From positions 24,815 to 63,281 of the forward strand of contig CAZBQG010000001.1 in the NCBI GenBank assembly GCA_964493945.1: DNA of 38,467 bases, in the 5' to 3' direction. Shown here piece after piece: positions 35,400-38,467 of this stretch (positions are counted from its first letter, which is position 1; every line of letters begins with the position of its first letter). The translations under genes and the position numbers were made by a program. The notes under the pieces were generated by a model, which was given only the letters and a program-made list of their open reading frames with translations, did no database searches and was not told the DNA's origin. The DNA comes from an uncultured Rhodospirillaceae bacterium. GTDB lineage: Bacteria > Pseudomonadota > Alphaproteobacteria > Rhodospirillales > UBA2165.

Positions 35400-36022
35400 C
35401 CCTGGATTGGGTAGTCCGGCGCGTCAAGGACACCAACCCCACGGAGCGCCGGCGGTCCAATGAGGATGCCAGCGTCGATCAGTCCATCAAGCCCGTCGAG
35501 GTCGCCCCCATCATGTCCACCGACGGACCGCTGAAGGAAGCCGCCGTGCTCGTTCCCCTGGTCAACCGGCCAGAGGGGCTGACCGTGTTGCTGACCAAAC
35601 GGACCGAACATCTGGCCAACCATGCGGGGCAGATCAGTTTCCCCGGCGGGCGGGTCGATGAGGGCGATGAGGACGGCATCGCCACGGCCTTGCGCGAGAC
35701 CCAAGAGGAAATCGGGCTGGATCCCCATCACATAGAAGTGATCGGCAGGCTGGACGATTACGTGGTCGGCACCGGTTATCTGGTGGAACCGGTCATCGCC
35801 GTCCTTGAGCCCCCATTCGACATTACCCCCCATGACGGCGAAGTGGCGGCGGTCTTCGAGCCACCCCTTGAATTCCTCATGGATCTTTCAAATTATCAGC
35901 GCCATCACCGGATCCGCGATGAGGTCAAACGCCATTTTTACGCCATAACTTTTGAGGAATATTTCATCTGGGGGGCCACCGCCGGCATGCTGCGCAATCT
36001 CTCAGAACGGCTGAAGGTCTGA
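35351..36022 (+). CDS. nudL: CoA pyrophosphatase (Nudix hydrolase, NudL-like)
   Basis: 223 aa, collinear with E. coli NudL: LTLDW.., AAVLVPLV, LLTKRTEHLANHAGQISFPGG, ALRETQEEIGL and YFIWGATAGM. The only in-frame ATG upstream of the LTLDW block is 35351, which gives a 49-bp overlap with the DUF1285 gene. Confidence 0.8.
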   Translation: MEQRNILSDRQVRGRLTLDWVVRRVKDTNPTERRRSNEDASVDQSIKPVEVAPIMSTDGPLKEAAVLVPLVNRPEGLTVLLTKRTEHLANHAGQISFPGGRVDEGDEDGIATALRETQEEIGLDPHHIEVIGRLDDYVVGTGYLVEPVIAVLEPPFDITPHDGEVAAVFEPPLEFLMDLSNYQRHHRIRDEVKRHFYAITFEEYFIWGATAGMLRNLSERLKV

Positions 36023-37437
36023 TGGAAGGCCTGCAAAGCTGGGTCATCACTATTCTGGTCGTGCTTGCCGCCATGTTCCTGATGGCCAAACGGGGCGGGC
36101 TGGGCCGCAGCGGGCGGCGGAAACCCACCAGACCGGGCGGCGATATCATGGTCCAATGGGAGCATGGGCCGAGCGGCCAGCTGACCCCCGCACCTTGGAT
36201 GACCGGGCCCGAAATCACCGCCGTCCTGGCGGCCATTACCTGCGGCGGAAAAGAAGCGCGCTTCGTCGGCGGCTGCGTGCGCGATTCCATCCTCAAGCGT
36301 GAAATATCGGACGTGGATATCGCCACCCAGGAGACGTCGGACCGTGTGCTGGCGCTCTTGGAAGAGGCGGGCATCAAGGGCGTGCCGACGGGCCTTAAAC
36401 ACGGCACGGTGACGGCGGTCGTGGGCGGTAAGAGCTATGAGATCACCACATTGCGCAGCGACATCGAGACCGATGGCCGCCACGCCGTGGTCGCCTTCAC
36501 GGAAGATTGGCGCAAAGATGCCGCCCGGCGGGATTTTTCGTTTAATGCCATGAGCGCCACGCCAAGCGGCATGGTCTATGATTATTACAACGGCATGCAG
36601 GATCTGGCCGACCGGGTGATCCGCTTCGTCGGCCCCGGCAAGCAGCGCATCGCCGAGGATTATCTCCGCGCGCTCCGCTATTTCCGCTTTATCGCGACCC
36701 TGGATATGCGCATCGAGAACCGCATCGATCTGGATGCCTGCATCACCGCCGCACCCCAACTCAAGGATTTGTCGGGCGAGCGCATCCGGGATGAATTATT
36801 CAAGATTCTGATCGCCCCCAAACATATCAGAGCCCTTCGCCTGATGCGCGATTACGGGGTGATGGAACAGATCCTGCCCGAAGCCGGAAACCTTGAACGG
36901 CTTTCCAAGATGGTCTGGCTGGAAACGACGGCGATCAATTTCGCATCGGTCCGGCCCGACACCCTCCGGCGCCTGGCGGTGCTTTTGGACACGGACGAGG
37001 CCGGCGCGGCCAGGGCTTGCGCGAGGTTGCGCTTGTCGGGCACCGAGACAAAACGCCTGGCCGCATTGGTCACCCCCGTTTGGCAGCCAAACCCCGAAAT
37101 GAGCATGGATGATCTGCGCCGTGCTTTTTACCTGTATTCGGCCGAGCGGGTGCGCGATTTCATCTTGCTGGAATGGACTGCGCGCCTGGCAATTGATCCG
37201 CGCCGCCCTCGCGAAGAGACCGAAGTCTGGCAGGAAATGCTGGGCGCTTCCGAGGTCTGGGAAGATGTCAGCTTCCCCCTCCAGGGACGCGATGCGCTGG
37301 CGCTTGGGCTGCAAGCAGGCCCCCGCATCTCTCAAGTTTTGGGCGCCGTCGAGGAATGGTGGATCGAAGGGGGCTGCCGGGCCGGCCATGAAAGCTGCCT
37401 GGAGCGGTTGCGCGCTCTGTTGGAACATGAAACATGA
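36022..37437 (+). CDS. cca: CCA tRNA nucleotidyltransferase (class II nucleotidyltransferase head domain)
   Basis: Motifs FVGGCVRD, DVDIAT, GLKHGTVT and RRDFSFNAM. Start at 36022 (TGATG overlap, GAAGG SD) adds a 42-aa hydrophobic/basic N-terminal extension. An alternative ATG at 36148 gives a conventional length. Confidence 0.85.
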   Translation: MEGLQSWVITILVVLAAMFLMAKRGGLGRSGRRKPTRPGGDIMVQWEHGPSGQLTPAPWMTGPEITAVLAAITCGGKEARFVGGCVRDSILKREISDVDIATQETSDRVLALLEEAGIKGVPTGLKHGTVTAVVGGKSYEITTLRSDIETDGRHAVVAFTEDWRKDAARRDFSFNAMSATPSGMVYDYYNGMQDLADRVIRFVGPGKQRIAEDYLRALRYFRFIATLDMRIENRIDLDACITAAPQLKDLSGERIRDELFKILIAPKHIRALRLMRDYGVMEQILPEAGNLERLSKMVWLETTAINFASVRPDTLRRLAVLLDTDEAGAARACARLRLSGTETKRLAALVTPVWQPNPEMSMDDLRRAFYLYSAERVRDFILLEWTARLAIDPRRPREETEVWQEMLGASEVWEDVSFPLQGRDALALGLQAGPRISQVLGAVEEWWIEGGCRAGHESCLERLRALLEHET

Positions 37438-38420
37438 CCCCGACTGGCCTCTGGCCATTGTTCAATTTGGTGCGCGGACGGCCCGTGCTGGGTATTTTCG
37501 AAATCACCCTCAAATGCAATTCCGCATGCGGCTATTGCCATTTGCCCCACAATCAAGAGCAGCCGAAGCTGAGCCGGGCGGAAATCAGGCGAATTTTTAA
37601 AGCTCTTTACGCGGACGGCATGCGCCATCTGCTGATCCAGGGCGGCGAGCCCCTGATACGCCCAGACTGCCTGGATATTCTGGAAGATCTATCGGCCATG
37701 GGATTCGCCCTGACCGTGGTGACCAACGGAACGGCACTGGGGCGAAAGGCGGTGGAGCGCCTGAACCGGCTCGATCTGGCCATCGCCGTCAGTCTCGATA
37801 CGTTGGACCGGGCCACCTATCACCGCATCCGAGGCGCCGATCAACTGCCCGCCGTGCTCCAGGGGATCGGCCTGCTGGAGGGATTTACCGGGCAACGCTT
37901 TGTCACCTGCATCCTCAGCCGCCAAAACCTCACCCACGCCCTGGACGTGCTGCGCTTTGCCAAGGCGCAAGGCCTGACACCGATCCTGGGCGCCTATCAT
38001 TGGCAGGCGGCGGGGTACGGCAAAGCCGACGCCGGGCTCATATATGACCGGGCCCAGGCCGCCCAAATGTTCGCCCGGGCGCTCGAAAGCGGCCTGATTC
38101 CCGCCGGTTATCTCAGCGATTATGCGAGGGATACGTTGACCTGGCTGGAGGGTGGCAAATTGGCGCCCTGCGATGCCGGCAGCCTGTCGGTGGTGATAGA
38201 CGCCATGGGCAATGTTTCGCCCTGCCTGGGTCTTCCTGCCGCCGGCAATTTGGCAGAGCACGGTTTGGGCCAAATCCTTGCAACCCTGGACCGCCAGGCG
38301 ATCCAGGATTGTTCGGACAAATCCACCTGCAATCTTTTATGCGCCCGGGTGGTTGGCTGGGCCCGGCGCAATCCGGTGGCCGGGCTGTTGATGACCCGCG
38401 CCCAACGGGCGGCTTCTTAG
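37434..38420 (+). CDS. Radical SAM protein with partial SPASM/twitch-like C-terminal Cys motif
   Basis: 328 aa, with an ATGA overlap onto cca. It has the CX3CX2C motif (CNSACGYC), a GGEP SAM-binding block (LLIQGGEPL), and the C-terminal CX12GX4C (PCDAGSLSVVIDAMGNVSPC) plus CX5CX3C (CSDKSTCNLLC). Confidence 0.8.
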   Translation: MTPTGLWPLFNLVRGRPVLGIFEITLKCNSACGYCHLPHNQEQPKLSRAEIRRIFKALYADGMRHLLIQGGEPLIRPDCLDILEDLSAMGFALTVVTNGTALGRKAVERLNRLDLAIAVSLDTLDRATYHRIRGADQLPAVLQGIGLLEGFTGQRFVTCILSRQNLTHALDVLRFAKAQGLTPILGAYHWQAAGYGKADAGLIYDRAQAAQMFARALESGLIPAGYLSDYARDTLTWLEGGKLAPCDAGSLSVVIDAMGNVSPCLGLPAAGNLAEHGLGQILATLDRQAIQDCSDKSTCNLLCARVVGWARRNPVAGLLMTRAQRAAS

Positions 38421-38467
38421 GCTCAGGACCCATTAATTATTCATTCAGGATTTCACTTGATGATGCT

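Overview
GC-rich, almost fully coding bacterial chromosomal window. Gene content and order look alphaproteobacterial (Rhodospirillales-like), but that is inference only. I call 39 CDS plus a few hairpins and repeats. I saw no rRNA, tRNA, CRISPR array, transposase, integrase or phage structural genes. Left to right: two NitT/TauT-type ABC permeases with a convergent SsuA/NMT1-like binding protein; gloA; a 574-bp non-coding, hairpin-dense gap; prfC; a SnoaL/AtzH-like protein; a flavin reductase; a small basic protein; and two tandem EamA/DMT paralogues. Next comes an accessory-looking redox/glutathione cluster: an FAH-family hydrolase, a GST, an orphan EntE/DhbE-type aryl-acid adenylase plus a luciferase-like monooxygenase, and a tetR / FrdA-like / FrdB-like / GST operon. 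Then a hypothetical protein, cimA, trmJ, rnhA, a peptidoglycan-binding repeat protein, and a CDGSH protein / lipoprotein / gcvT-gcvH-gcvPA-gcvPB unit. Then a small acidic ORF and a MoxR / DUF58 / BatA_N-DUF4159 / vWA-like membrane operon. Finally a divergent DUF1285 / CoA pyrophosphatase / cca / radical-SAM operon reaches the right edge. Candidates for something undescribed, none provable from sequence alone: (i) the 9.0-17.2 kb cluster, especially the anchor-less FrdAB-like pair co-operonic with a GST and the carrier-less aryl adenylase + LLM pair; (ii) the tightly coupled MoxR-DUF58-DUF4159-vWA membrane operon of unknown function; (iii) a radical SAM enzyme with a partial SPASM motif, translationally coupled to cca; (iv) the structured 3.4-4.0 kb gap. 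Most of the window is ordinary core genome.
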